Source: a virus. From it: a DNA stretch of 64,000 bases. The DNA is taken from positions 32,001 to 96,000 of the IMG/VR virus record IMGVR_UViG_3300032285_001268; one strand, 5' to 3'. The position numbers and the translations under genes were made by a program. The notes beneath the pieces are model-generated. The model was not told the DNA's origin. It searched no databases and saw only the letters and a list, made by a program, of their open reading frames with translations. Positions 46,501-55,536 of the stretch are shown here, in pieces. The stretch's first letter is position 1. The number at the start of each line of letters is the position of its first letter.

Positions 46501-48082
46501 CTGTACCAAACAAGTAACCGCTACCAGCGTTGACTGATGTTAGTGTTAGTGGAACACCAACTGTTGCGGTCATCGAACCGTAGGCAGTTGATTGAGTTTG
46601 TACTGTACCAGAGCCACCTGCTGTGATCGGTAGTGAGGTTGATAGTTGTGCGTTAACACCGTCAATGATTGCGTAAACATAGTATGTACCCGCTGACACG
46701 TTACCAATAGTTGTACCAGTAACTACAATCTGCTCACCAACAGTCATGTTAGTTGTACCACCAACTTGCTGACCTAAGTATGTGTATCTTGCAAACTGTA
46801 CTAGGTTGTTAGTTGCGTTGGTTGCAACGATTGTCGTAGTGTAGATGATGTTTTGGCTGACGGTAATCTGGTTACCTGCAGGAATACTTGCAATATAGTA
46901 AGTAGTACCGGCTGTGATATTGCCAAAACTTCCGCCAGCTGTAACATACATGTTACCACCGGTGTAGGTTGATGTTGGAACAAAGTTAGTAGTTAAGGCG
47001 ATGTCAGTGCAGAGTGTTACTGTTCTAGTATCAATAATAGTCTTGATATAGTATGTTGAACCAGTAGTTAATCCACCAAATGCACTACCTGAGAAAATTA
47101 AAGACTGTCCAACGACCATACCAACTGTAGTACCTAGTGTAACAGTATTACCTGTAGTGTTTGTCGACACTGCGTTGGTTTGAATCTGTTGGAATGTGAT
47201 AGCATTACCAGTTTGGAAAGAGCCTGTAACTGCCGCACTTAGCGTGATAATGTTTGTACCGCTTGCTGAGGATATAGCTGTCACGTTACTAACAGCATTG
47301 ATGTCAGCGCCGGTATAAAATCCGCCTTGACGTAGTTGAATGAATGCAGTGTAAATGTTGTCGCCATTGACAAAACCTACACGACCTTTGGCAATAAATG
47401 TAAATTGTGTTGTGCTGAGTATTTGATAAACAATAAAAGAACCTTCAGCACGGTCAAAACCCGTAATTGCCGAGTTAAAACCTTTAATTGTAATCGGAGT
47501 ACCAACTTGATAACCGTGTGCTAGTTGTGTAGTGATTGTGATAATAGATGCCGCTGTTGCTGAGCCACCTGAGTTAAATGACGCATCCGAAGTTGCGGCA
47601 GTTACTACTAGGTCAGTACCCGGAATTTCAAAAATTGATGGGTTCTGGCGCATTTGACTAACTGTCAACCACTTAGTTGGTTGCATTCCATATTCAAAGT
47701 CAGCGTCAAGCATGGATTGCGGATTGGCAACACGTTGACGTTCGAACGCATCTGTGCCCATTGGCCAAGGGCGAGTGCGAATTAATTCATCTTCGAAGAA
47801 AATTTGTATAGTATCACTAGCAGATTGGCCTGTTAAGGTTCCAACAAGCGTGATGATCGTAACACCGTCAGCATTGTCCAAGGTTGTTGGAAATGCCACA
47901 TCATTAAAACGAACAAAGTTAACAGTAGTTCCTGAAAAACTAGTATCTGCAAAGTTGTATAAAATTACATTTTTTGTTGTGTTAGTGATGACTAATAATT
48001 GTTGCAGGTCGATTTTACCTGGCACTTCAATAGTATTTGTGCCTGGCGTAAAAACGTACTGTCTCATCTGACTTTTGGCCAT
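43586..48082 (-). CDS. Large virion structural / tail-fibre protein (1498 aa)
   Basis: Thr/Gly/Val-rich repeated beta modules (GxxxGxTYY..), a lectin/concanavalin-like stretch (SKKYIRYQSGK...WTWYGAG) and a late-type promoter upstream. Confidence 0.75.
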   Translation of the reverse strand: MAKSQMRQYVFTPGTNTIEVPGKIDLQQLLVITNTTKNVILYNFADTSFSGTTVNFVRFNDVAFPTTLDNADGVTIITLVGTLTGQSASDTIQIFFEDELIRTRPWPMGTDAFERQRVANPQSMLDADFEYGMQPTKWLTVSQMRQNPSIFEIPGTDLVVTAATSDASFNSGGSATAASIITITTQLAHGYQVGTPITIKGFNSAITGFDRAEGSFIVYQILSTTQFTFIAKGRVGFVNGDNIYTAFIQLRQGGFYTGADINAVSNVTAISSASGTNIITLSAAVTGSFQTGNAITFQQIQTNAVSTNTTGNTVTLGTTVGMVVGQSLIFSGSAFGGLTTGSTYYIKTIIDTRTVTLCTDIALTTNFVPTSTYTGGNMYVTAGGSFGNITAGTTYYIASIPAGNQITVSQNIIYTTTIVATNATNNLVQFARYTYLGQQVGGTTNMTVGEQIVVTGTTIGNVSAGTYYVYAIIDGVNAQLSTSLPITAGGSGTVQTQSTAYGSMTATVGVPLTLTSVNAGSGYLFGTVVSLPTFTYSTPTTSCSFTAALTGSTLTVSAVASGTLAVGQGIALNTGNTVPSLTFITAQVNGTPGGAGTYTVSTSTGSVSSTNTFVSTSAYVTCTVNTVTPHGFVPGCTILNYIFSDNGNNNHLLLSGPFFVEQTTSLTSFTFTARSPGFITAATTVQGQLYARPDSFYSHRPLDGGVQLGTSLPSHGAQAIRMSKKYIRYQSGKAINFNTGLLMAPNYFVRSVVANGTAIGSTITITTDDTDHGAQVGSTINLSGVLTSGFNGNYVVTGIIDERTLTVTATQVLGAINPAVGAQIQDPCLLSLVNWYGAVVRSGTYDEQNGVFFQYDGQVISVVRRSSTFQLAGTISVVVDSGQIIGVNTRFQAQLAAGDKIVIRGMSHMVTQVVSDTLMYVNPQWRGAQNVSGIKITKTVDYVVPQSKWNFDRMDGSNSPYNTSGYKIDQTKMNMVGMQWTWYGAGAIDWMFRGPKGDYVFCHRLRNNNLNNEAWMRAGNMPVRYEVLNDSNAKSYITGSVNVSLTDTVIPIKDASLFPAAPTPSIAPVVYVDNELISYTGKYQITATGTSSTGNVVRVDSSAGLAVGQPIVFVNDYGNTLGNLQSNVTYYVQSIPAGGTTITLAATQGGAQLNQVTVTAPNSLYWFTAGGLTGCTRQATIVPWATGGYRTFTAGAPTVHAPTAGVILVLPSASPIVSHWGAAFVQDGGFDTDRSYIFSYQSINVNITTKRTTLFAIRLAPSVSNALTGDLGQRELINRASFLLQGLESTTGTAGTNAAIVIEAIINPSNYPTSASNIVFNSLNSPTIPTGQPSFSQVAAGTSIVFTNSATNSTTCTGTVAIGVSVIPVNNTTGIQVGDDVVSVTTNSAMSGNTKVTAINGLNITISSPVLAALSSGNVITFSRGTYATPGETVFSFINSPANKDSLDLTFLKELTNTAIGGRGAYPNGPDVLFVNAYITQGAPINTNMILRWGEAQA

Positions 48083-48145
48083 TTATATTTCTCCGAATTG
48101 GTTCATTATCTTTATTTAGTTGTTTTTAAGCCTAAGACAGCAATT

Positions 48146-48865
48146 TTACTGTCCCATGCCAAAATACACCAGGGCAAGACCCGTATTTTCAGCGTATCGT
48201 TTAGTGGCGATCTGACTTCGATTACTGTTCCATCTGGCATCAATCGCTGTAATTGTTGCATTTGTAAATTGCGCACTAGCGGGTGTGGTTAAGCCTACAC
48301 TCATGTTATCCATACTGCCAAGGCTGGAAGAACTGATAGTTACAGTTCCAGCAGTTGGGGCAATGTTGATAGACCCGCCATCGGGCATGTTAATAACACC
48401 ATAAAGTGTTGTAGTAACTCCAGTTTTTCCTAGAGTCAAGCCGCCGCTTGGGCTGATAGTGATCGCACCTGGTACATTGAAATTTACACTGGTAGTGGCT
48501 GCTAAGTCTGTAAATGTACCTGCTTTAGGAGTTGTAGCGCCAATGGCAATGTTGTCTAAACTACCGGTACTAGACGGATTAAATGTGATACTTCCGTTAA
48601 CTGCTGACAGACTTCCAGTGATCGAAACTGCACCATTAACTGTTAGTCCAGTTAATGTTCCTGGAATACTGGTAATTGTTGATGCAAGACTAGTGTTGGT
48701 AACTAGGGGACTTCCGTTATAGCTGATATAACTACCTGCTGTTAATTCTAATCTACTACCAGTCAAAGTCAAAGTATTAGCAATGACGTTGCCATTGACG
48801 TCTGCTACAAAATACGGACTAATATATCCGTAGTCACTTCTAAATAGTTTTGCTGTAGTTGACAT
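48146..48865 (-). CDS. Fibre-like protein with GSxxNxxIGxTTP repeats (2 copies)
   Basis: Repeats seen in translation. Confidence 0.7.
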   Translation of the reverse strand: MSTTAKLFRSDYGYISPYFVADVNGNVIANTLTLTGSRLELTAGSYISYNGSPLVTNTSLASTITSIPGTLTGLTVNGAVSITGSLSAVNGSITFNPSSTGSLDNIAIGATTPKAGTFTDLAATTSVNFNVPGAITISPSGGLTLGKTGVTTTLYGVINMPDGGSINIAPTAGTVTISSSSLGSMDNMSVGLTTPASAQFTNATITAIDARWNSNRSQIATKRYAENTGLALVYFGMGQ

Positions 48866-48868
48866 AAT

Positions 48869-49543
48869 TTAAGCTAATGCTACTCCATATACTGCGGCCA
48901 ACGCACTGGCGTAACCGTTGGTCACTGCTGAATTTGCTCCAGCTGGTTGTGTAGTCATTGTGACTGTGGTAAACACTGCCGAACTTGGAGTTGTTAATCC
49001 AATGCTCATGTTGTTGATAGAACCTGTAGTAGTTGGGCCAATAGTAACTTGTCCAGTACCGGTTGGGCTTAGGTTTACACTGGCATTTGCACCAGTTACG
49101 CTAACAGCACCTATAGCTGACAAGCTGGTGAACTGTCCAGTGTTTGGTGTTGTAGCACCAATACTCATGTTATTAATAGTGCCTAGCTGGGTAGGTCCTA
49201 TAGTAAGCACACCGTTGCCAGTTGGCGCAATGGTAATATTACTGTTTGCGCTAGAAAATGTAACGTCGCCAGTAATGGTCAATGTTGAAAAAGTACCAGC
49301 TCTTGGAGTAGTTGCACCAATTACCACATTGTCTAAAGATCCTGTAGTTGCAGGATTAACTGTGAATGTGTTATTAACGGATAGGTTAGGAATAGTTCCG
49401 CTAGTGGCAAACGACAATGTATTTGTAGTTGCATTTGTAGTTATTGCCAGTCCGTTTGAACTGGTTAGGTTCAACGTATTGTTTGACGAGTTTAAGGCAA
49501 TTGTATTTTGGCCTGAAACCGCAAGGTAGGTATAAGAGTTCAT
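48869..49543 (-). CDS. Fibre-like protein with GSxxNxxIGxTTP repeats (3 copies)
   Basis: Repeats seen in translation. Confidence 0.7.
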   Translation of the reverse strand: MNSYTYLAVSGQNTIALNSSNNTLNLTSSNGLAITTNATTNTLSFATSGTIPNLSVNNTFTVNPATTGSLDNVVIGATTPRAGTFSTLTITGDVTFSSANSNITIAPTGNGVLTIGPTQLGTINNMSIGATTPNTGQFTSLSAIGAVSVTGANASVNLSPTGTGQVTIGPTTTGSINNMSIGLTTPSSAVFTTVTMTTQPAGANSAVTNGYASALAAVYGVALA

Positions 49544-50976
49544 ATTGCCACTGCTCCGAGTAATAATCTTGATAGTAATTTGCTTCTAGTAATCAATGCT
49601 GTTCCGTTTGTAGATGGATTGTTGATTGTGATCGACGTAAATCGACCAGATGCCGCATAACCTGTACTGGTATAGAAACCAGCAAATGTAACAGGGTCTG
49701 CCAGCAATGCTGGTATTAGTGTGCCAGTGATGTAGGGCGCATACGTTTGTGTATTGTTTTGAAGATATGCCGTCATGGCCAATGCATCTGCACTAGTTAC
49801 TGATCCGTCGTTAGTGATATCAAATAATAAACGACCATTAACTGTTGGAGACGGAAGGCCGCCCACAGCCGCTCGCAATATATTTGCCGGAAGATTTGCA
49901 TAATCTAATCCAGTACCTACACTCATATTGTTTATACTACCTAATACGCCGCTAGTAATTTGTACAGATCCTGTAGGAGTTAACGAAATATTTTGATTAT
50001 TAGAATTTAACGATAAAATCGTTTGTGCTGTTAAACTTGTAAACTTGCCAGTAGTCGGTGTTGTAGCACCAATACTCATATTGTTGATAGATCCAGGTAA
50101 TCCAGATGCAATAGTTACTAGACCGGTTGCAGGAACTAGAGCAATATCTAATCCAGTTCCCGAAATGTTTAAATTTCCACCAGCTGTTAAATTTGTAAAT
50201 CTAGCGTCGACTGCTACAGATCCGCCAATAATTACGTTATTCAAAGATCCAGCAGTTACCGGAGTCGCTGTAAAAGTGTTATTGACATTTAGATCTTTAA
50301 CATAATTTAAATTAAAATTAATTGAATTGTTATTTGATGTTGTTACACCAATTGACGGATCAGCGGCAAATGTCAGTGTGTCAAAGATAAACTTTGATGT
50401 TAGTGTTGGCTGACTTAGGGTGTTTATAGTACTAATGTGTGCAACAACAATACTGCCGGCATCATTTAATTGTATAGCACCGTTGGGTAAATTTGTGCCA
50501 GACCAGTTTAAATTAGTTCCAGACTGTCCGCCTAAACTGGTCGTTTCACCAACTAGTGCTGTTGGTTGTAGGGGTTTTAATCTTTCAGAATAGGTAGCTT
50601 TAAATGTTACTTTAATACCGCTAAGGGCTGTTATGCCATCTGCATCCAAGAACGGGTTGGCAATTATCTGTACTTTTGAATTGTCAATTGTTGCTGACAG
50701 GTTAATTAGGTCTTTACCTGTATTTGAGCGACCGTAAACTACAACACTAGCTTGGCTGTAGTGAGCTATAACTTTTACTTCAAGATGCTCGACATTGTCT
50801 TTGTCGTATTCTGCAATAATTTCATAATTGGCGCTAGAAAAATCTCCAATAAAGAAGGTATCAATTACAGTATTTGTAAAAACCGGTATTGCTTCGCCCT
50901 TAAAAGAAAAGTTTGCACGATTCTTAAATTTAAGAGTGTTGCCCAGTCCTTTTGTAAAATAGTCAAGAAAGTTCAT
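49540..50976 (-). CDS. Fibre-like protein with 3 repeats and a dockerin/EF-hand-like motif
   Basis: FDITNDGSVTSADALAMTAYL. Confidence 0.7.
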   Translation of the reverse strand: MNFLDYFTKGLGNTLKFKNRANFSFKGEAIPVFTNTVIDTFFIGDFSSANYEIIAEYDKDNVEHLEVKVIAHYSQASVVVYGRSNTGKDLINLSATIDNSKVQIIANPFLDADGITALSGIKVTFKATYSERLKPLQPTALVGETTSLGGQSGTNLNWSGTNLPNGAIQLNDAGSIVVAHISTINTLSQPTLTSKFIFDTLTFAADPSIGVTTSNNNSINFNLNYVKDLNVNNTFTATPVTAGSLNNVIIGGSVAVDARFTNLTAGGNLNISGTGLDIALVPATGLVTIASGLPGSINNMSIGATTPTTGKFTSLTAQTILSLNSNNQNISLTPTGSVQITSGVLGSINNMSVGTGLDYANLPANILRAAVGGLPSPTVNGRLLFDITNDGSVTSADALAMTAYLQNNTQTYAPYITGTLIPALLADPVTFAGFYTSTGYAASGRFTSITINNPSTNGTALITRSKLLSRLLLGAVAI

Positions 50977-51075
50977 AAGATTCCACCAATCATATATATT
51001 TATTCATAACCAGTTTGGTTGCAGTCCTAGTTAAAATCTGCTAAATTAATGTAATTAGTATTCAAGGAAAAATAC

Positions 51076-51714
51076 ATGAGTTTACGCAAACTTTTGGGCG
51101 ATGAGGAATTTAATCCGGGCGATTTGTCAAGATTTTCCGTAGGAGGCAAGACAAATTTCAACCCCAAGCCAGTCATTGGCATTGCCCGCGATGGTATTAT
51201 TAATCAATTCAAGCCTAATCACGTAAAAACCCCGGATGATTTTGATCCTATTCCCGATGCCCTAAAAGCCATTGCTTTGATCCGTAGCAAGGGTTACAGG
51301 ATTGTTATTTTTGCCAGCCAGTGGGGCATCAGTGAAGGCCGATTAACTCAAGTAGACGTTGATCTCGTACATCAAAAAATGCTCCAACTATTCGGTGAAG
51401 CGGGTTGTTCTAGCATCGAAGGCATCTATTACAGTACTAGCAAGATGAAAGAAGACATTTATGCGTTCCCTAATACCGGAATGTTTGAACGTGCTGAGAA
51501 AGAAGCCCGAGTTAAATTTAAAGAAGGCTGGTTCGTGGGCCATACTATTGCCGAAATCAAGGCCGCACAAAATATCAAAGCAAAGCCGATCTTAATTACA
51601 ACTGGGGAAGGCTTGGAAACTGAGAAAAAACTAAACAGTTATGCCAATCGAGACCTCAAACAAAAGACTAAAGTCTTTAGTACTTTACTAGAATTTGCAG
51701 AAAGTTTAGAATAA
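51076..51714 (+). CDS. GmhB-like HAD phosphatase with degenerate catalytic motifs
   Basis: Collinear with GmhB (RDG, QxGIxxG, GIYY, GM) but IARDG, ASQ, AFP and GHT replace DRDG, TNQ, RKP and GD. Confidence 0.75.
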   Translation: MSLRKLLGDEEFNPGDLSRFSVGGKTNFNPKPVIGIARDGIINQFKPNHVKTPDDFDPIPDALKAIALIRSKGYRIVIFASQWGISEGRLTQVDVDLVHQKMLQLFGEAGCSSIEGIYYSTSKMKEDIYAFPNTGMFERAEKEARVKFKEGWFVGHTIAEIKAAQNIKAKPILITTGEGLETEKKLNSYANRDLKQKTKVFSTLLEFAESLE

Positions 51715-51715
51715 T

Positions 51716-51741
51716 AAAAAAGCACCCGAAGGTGCTTTTTT
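51716..51741. terminator. Bidirectional terminator
   Basis: A6-GCACC-CGAA-GGTGC-T7. Confidence 0.85.
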
Positions 51742-53543
51742 TATGAGTTTGCTACTTTAATCATTTTGCCGTATTCTGGCAAGTATAGATATTCGATATC
51801 ACTCTTAGATAGTGTACTTACTGCATCGTACAATGTTTCAACTAGAGGATCACCACCTAGATTAAAGCTGGTATTAAACACGATAGGACAACCAGTCTTT
51901 TCTTCAAAGGTTTTGATTAGATCGTAGTAGTGTTTATTCTGTGTTGGATTAACTGTTTGAATACGGCAAGTTCCGTCAACGTGAATGATACTAGGAATCT
52001 TATCTTCAATTCCTGGCTGGCAGTTTACCGCATACATCATAGTAGGGCTGGATTTCATACCGCGTAAGTCAAACCATTCGTGTACACGTTCTTCTAGGAT
52101 AGATCCAGCGAACGGACGGAAATATTCACGACGTTTAACTTCGTTGACAAAATCTTTACCATCTTTAAAGCGTGGATCAAACAAGATTGTACGATTTCCC
52201 AATGCACGTGGGCCGTTTTCTGAACGTCCTTGGAACATGGCTACAATATTCTTGCTGGTGATTAGTTCTACAACATCTGCATGTGTAGCATCACTGACTT
52301 CACCACCAAACTCTGCGGCTGTTTGGGAGATTTCGTCATCTGTATAACAGTATGCTGGTCCAAGATATAGTGTGTCTACTTGTGGTCCTACTGTTTCGTC
52401 TTGTGTTAACGAACGATGGAACATCAGTGCCGCACCAATAGCAGTACCTGCATCGTTACTTACTGGCTCGACATACAATTCAATGCCGTCGTCTTTGAGT
52501 GCTTCTAAGTAGTGATAGTTAGCAACACAGTTTAAACCATAACCGCCACTTAGTACAACCTTGTTACGGCCTGTATCTTTAACTGCCTTGCGGATCAATT
52601 TAACCACTTGATCTTGTGTTTGTGTTTGGCAAGCATAGGCTAAATCTCTGCGATTCTGTAATTTAGTTAAATCACTACCTGTGAAGCCGCTAAGTTCTGG
52701 GTACATACCAGAGTTAACAATAGCACCGTTGGGATAATTTGGGATGATTACATTGCGATCCGAAGTTTGATATACTGCATTTTCATCATCTGTAAACAAC
52801 TTAGGAATATTATCATTAGGCTTACCGTACGGGAATAGCCCCATGGTCTTGCCTGCTTCGATACTGCTGAATCCGCAATATTCTGTTACAGCTTCATATA
52901 CCTTGGTAATACCTGCGCGATCTGTGATTAATACTTCATGTACACCATCTTCTCCGTAGAACGAACTACTCATAGCAGGATCATGCTGTGTTATTGTAGG
53001 TGTGCGTAGTCCAATGTGTTTGTAAACCGTTTTAAAGTTTGAAGGATAATCGCAAGTAATAACAGATTCAGTTTCCCAACCAATAGTTGCTTCGCCATTA
53101 GAGCTTAATGGAATAAATGTACCCGCACCGTCAACTACCACGCTGACTGCTGTGTCAAAACCTGAACGATAGAACGCACAGGCCGCATGTAGTTTGTGAT
53201 GGATATAACTTAGATCAACTACCTGTGGATGTTGATAGATATTTTCTGTTCTGCGGATAAGGCCAAGTTTACGTGCTAAACCTGTATAGACGTCATCGCT
53301 GGTAAAATCTACACGTCCGGCAGTATCTTTAAGACTTTGTGTATGTGCGATTACAAGATAATCTAGCCTATCTGTATATTCTAAAATTTTAACCATCGAA
53401 GCGTACGGACCGCCATCGTATTTGTGTCGGCTTAGACGCTCTTCTTCAATACTAAAAACGATTTCACCGTCTTTAAGTAAACATACGCCTGCATTGTGGC
53501 CGCGAGCAATAGCCGCTATCCAAACTGAATTATCTTTATTCAT
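51741..53543 (-). CDS. Carbamoyltransferase, full-length (NodU/CmcH/TobZ family)
   Basis: EEERLSR, HHKLHAACAF, DGAG, GKTMGL, LSGG..LNCVAN, DAGTAIG, GPRALGNR, RPFA, NTSFN. Confidence 0.92.
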   Translation of the reverse strand: MNKDNSVWIAAIARGHNAGVCLLKDGEIVFSIEEERLSRHKYDGGPYASMVKILEYTDRLDYLVIAHTQSLKDTAGRVDFTSDDVYTGLARKLGLIRRTENIYQHPQVVDLSYIHHKLHAACAFYRSGFDTAVSVVVDGAGTFIPLSSNGEATIGWETESVITCDYPSNFKTVYKHIGLRTPTITQHDPAMSSSFYGEDGVHEVLITDRAGITKVYEAVTEYCGFSSIEAGKTMGLFPYGKPNDNIPKLFTDDENAVYQTSDRNVIIPNYPNGAIVNSGMYPELSGFTGSDLTKLQNRRDLAYACQTQTQDQVVKLIRKAVKDTGRNKVVLSGGYGLNCVANYHYLEALKDDGIELYVEPVSNDAGTAIGAALMFHRSLTQDETVGPQVDTLYLGPAYCYTDDEISQTAAEFGGEVSDATHADVVELITSKNIVAMFQGRSENGPRALGNRTILFDPRFKDGKDFVNEVKRREYFRPFAGSILEERVHEWFDLRGMKSSPTMMYAVNCQPGIEDKIPSIIHVDGTCRIQTVNPTQNKHYYDLIKTFEEKTGCPIVFNTSFNLGGDPLVETLYDAVSTLSKSDIEYLYLPEYGKMIKVANS

Positions 53544-54649
53544 TACGCTTTTTCCTTTATTTGTCCTACTGGTAATTTATCTCTTACCACTTGTGGCATT
53601 TGTATTGGGCCACTTGATTGTTGTGTAAATTCAGGAGCAGGTGCTTGTACAGTCGGTGCTTGTGGTGCAACTAACTTTGGAGCAGGCCTTCCTTCTTGTT
53701 TTACATAAAACTTTTTAACCATTTTATCGACAGATTCTACAATTACATCTTCAATCTTATCGTTCATGGCCATGATACCATCATTATTTCTATCAGCAAC
53801 TTCGTCTGGGCAGATGCGTATTGGACTATACATTCTAACACCTTCGCCCATGTCTAGTACATCAAATTTTTCGTAGTCGGGGTATGAAATATTTTCTGGG
53901 AATGTAGATCCTGCAACAACTGTAGCAGTTCTATCTAGTGCGTAGGCAATATGTTGTCCCACTGAATCACAGCCTAAAAAGTGATCACAACTGGCAATAA
54001 GTCCAGCCCACTGGCGGATATGTATTTGATTTGGTTGCGCAACAGGATCTTTACAGCCTTCAGTTTCAAAATTAATTTGAAACTCTGCCATTAACATTAC
54101 GGCATAACCTTTTTGTTGTAGCTTTTTAACAATGCTAATGACATTCTTATATTCAAAGCTACGTCCTGACGAATCATATATTACACTGTCATTAACAGTT
54201 ACACCACGACCAAATGGTTGGAATACTACAACTTTGTCTTTGCCTGTACGTTGTTTAACATCAGCAATGGTTAACTGTCCTTGAACTAGTTCTTCTGTAC
54301 TAAGTTTGAGTTTAGGTCTTGGCAGTTCACGAACACCTTTTCCATTGATTTCGATATCAAATGCCTGGGATAAGTTGCATTTTTGATTATAATACTCCCA
54401 AACACGATATGGTTCTGGTGTTTTAACTTCTGTATTAACTAGCAAATCTCTAAAAATATTCTTATGCCAGTTGTCGTAAGTTTTGTTGTACAGTTTTGGA
54501 TGGCCTTTGTAAAAGTCTGTACCACCTTCACAAATAATTAAAAAATCCTCATCTGGATTTTCTTCGGCATATAGTTCAAGTGCCGGAATTGAGCAAATTA
54601 CGCGGCCTGCGCCGCCGTTAATAAAGAAGGCTGCTGGTCTTTTATTCAT
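53543..54649 (-). CDS. Glycosyltransferase family 9-like (heptosyltransferase-like)
   Basis: GGAGRVICSIPAL, VFQPFG, HFLGCDSVGQHIAYAL..TVVAGST.P. Confidence 0.7.
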   Translation of the reverse strand: MNKRPAAFFINGGAGRVICSIPALELYAEENPDEDFLIICEGGTDFYKGHPKLYNKTYDNWHKNIFRDLLVNTEVKTPEPYRVWEYYNQKCNLSQAFDIEINGKGVRELPRPKLKLSTEELVQGQLTIADVKQRTGKDKVVVFQPFGRGVTVNDSVIYDSSGRSFEYKNVISIVKKLQQKGYAVMLMAEFQINFETEGCKDPVAQPNQIHIRQWAGLIASCDHFLGCDSVGQHIAYALDRTATVVAGSTFPENISYPDYEKFDVLDMGEGVRMYSPIRICPDEVADRNNDGIMAMNDKIEDVIVESVDKMVKKFYVKQEGRPAPKLVAPQAPTVQAPAPEFTQQSSGPIQMPQVVRDKLPVGQIKEKA

Positions 54650-54714
54650 ATGATCCTTTTATCTACACAGTTAATGATTGTGAGATATTTATAGTATACA
54701 GGATCTTGACCGAT

Positions 54715-54742
54715 AAAAAAAGGCCTATTGCTAGGCCTTTTT
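54715..54742. terminator. Intrinsic terminator
   Basis: A-run-GGCCTA-TTGC-TAGGCC-T-run. Confidence 0.75.
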
Positions 54743-54759
54743 GATTGATTTCACCAAAA

Positions 54760-55524
54760 TTACAAACGAGGATTTTTATCGCCAGGTGCTGGTGCTTTTG
54801 GCTGTGCATTAACTGCCGCTGGAGGTGCTGGAGGTGTACCATCATGCACTTCTGCAGGTGTAAATGCTTCTGCACGTGGATCATTTGGGAATGGAATCAT
54901 CCATGGATCTAAATGTCCGTGTGTATCAGGAATCGCTTCTAATTCTTTAATAACATCGTTGATTTTAGCAACTACTTCTTCGCTGTACTCGTTATATGGA
55001 TCAGCTAGATCACGCTTGTAACCTTCGATGATCATTAAACGAGCTGTTTCGTGTTGCTCGGCTGTAACGTGTGGCTCTTTCCATGGGAAAGGTTTATTCC
55101 ACTTTTGACCAGCGATATCGTAATTAACTTTAGCTACTTCATATGTATGATCTGGATATGTTGGATCAGGACGTACATAGTGTACAGTACCGTCATCCAA
55201 TGCATACTCTTTATCAGTATATGTATCTTCGTGTAGGTCAACAAAGAAACTAGCAACCACTGGTTCTGTCTTAGCATCAACTAGTACAGCGGTACTGTGT
55301 AGACCAGCTTTACTAACTGCAACTTGACGTGCAAACTCTGGATCACGAGGATCTACTTCTACATAGTGCATTGCTAGATTCAATGCGCCGGTGTTGTTAT
55401 CAACCAGCACCCAAATCTGTGCAGGACCTTCATAAATGCCTTTAGCCTTTAGCCCTTTAGTGGCTTGTTGAGAAAGGTATTCATCAGGCAAGTCGTATTC
55501 AAATTCAAATTTAATATTTGCCAC
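54760..55524 (-). CDS. Acidic hypothetical protein, possible fibre assembly chaperone
   Basis: GTG start at 55524 after GGAG; directly downstream of the Cys-rich fibre-like genes. Confidence 0.6.
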   Translation of the reverse strand: MANIKFEFEYDLPDEYLSQQATKGLKAKGIYEGPAQIWVLVDNNTGALNLAMHYVEVDPRDPEFARQVAVSKAGLHSTAVLVDAKTEPVVASFFVDLHEDTYTDKEYALDDGTVHYVRPDPTYPDHTYEVAKVNYDIAGQKWNKPFPWKEPHVTAEQHETARLMIIEGYKRDLADPYNEYSEEVVAKINDVIKELEAIPDTHGHLDPWMIPFPNDPRAEAFTPAEVHDGTPPAPPAAVNAQPKAPAPGDKNPRL

Positions 55525-55536
55525 TTTTATCTCCAA

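Larger units (their letters stand above)
9968..54692. promoter_or_regulatory. T4-late-like promoter motif (A/C/G)TAA(A/G)TA upstream of late genes
   Basis: Minus strand: 9968, 16066, 25411, 28630, 30237, 31929, 32417, 34233, 38321, 40186, 48113, 50997, 54686 (left coordinates of 7-mers). Plus strand: 40218. Compare the T4 late consensus TATAAATA. Confidence 0.7.
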
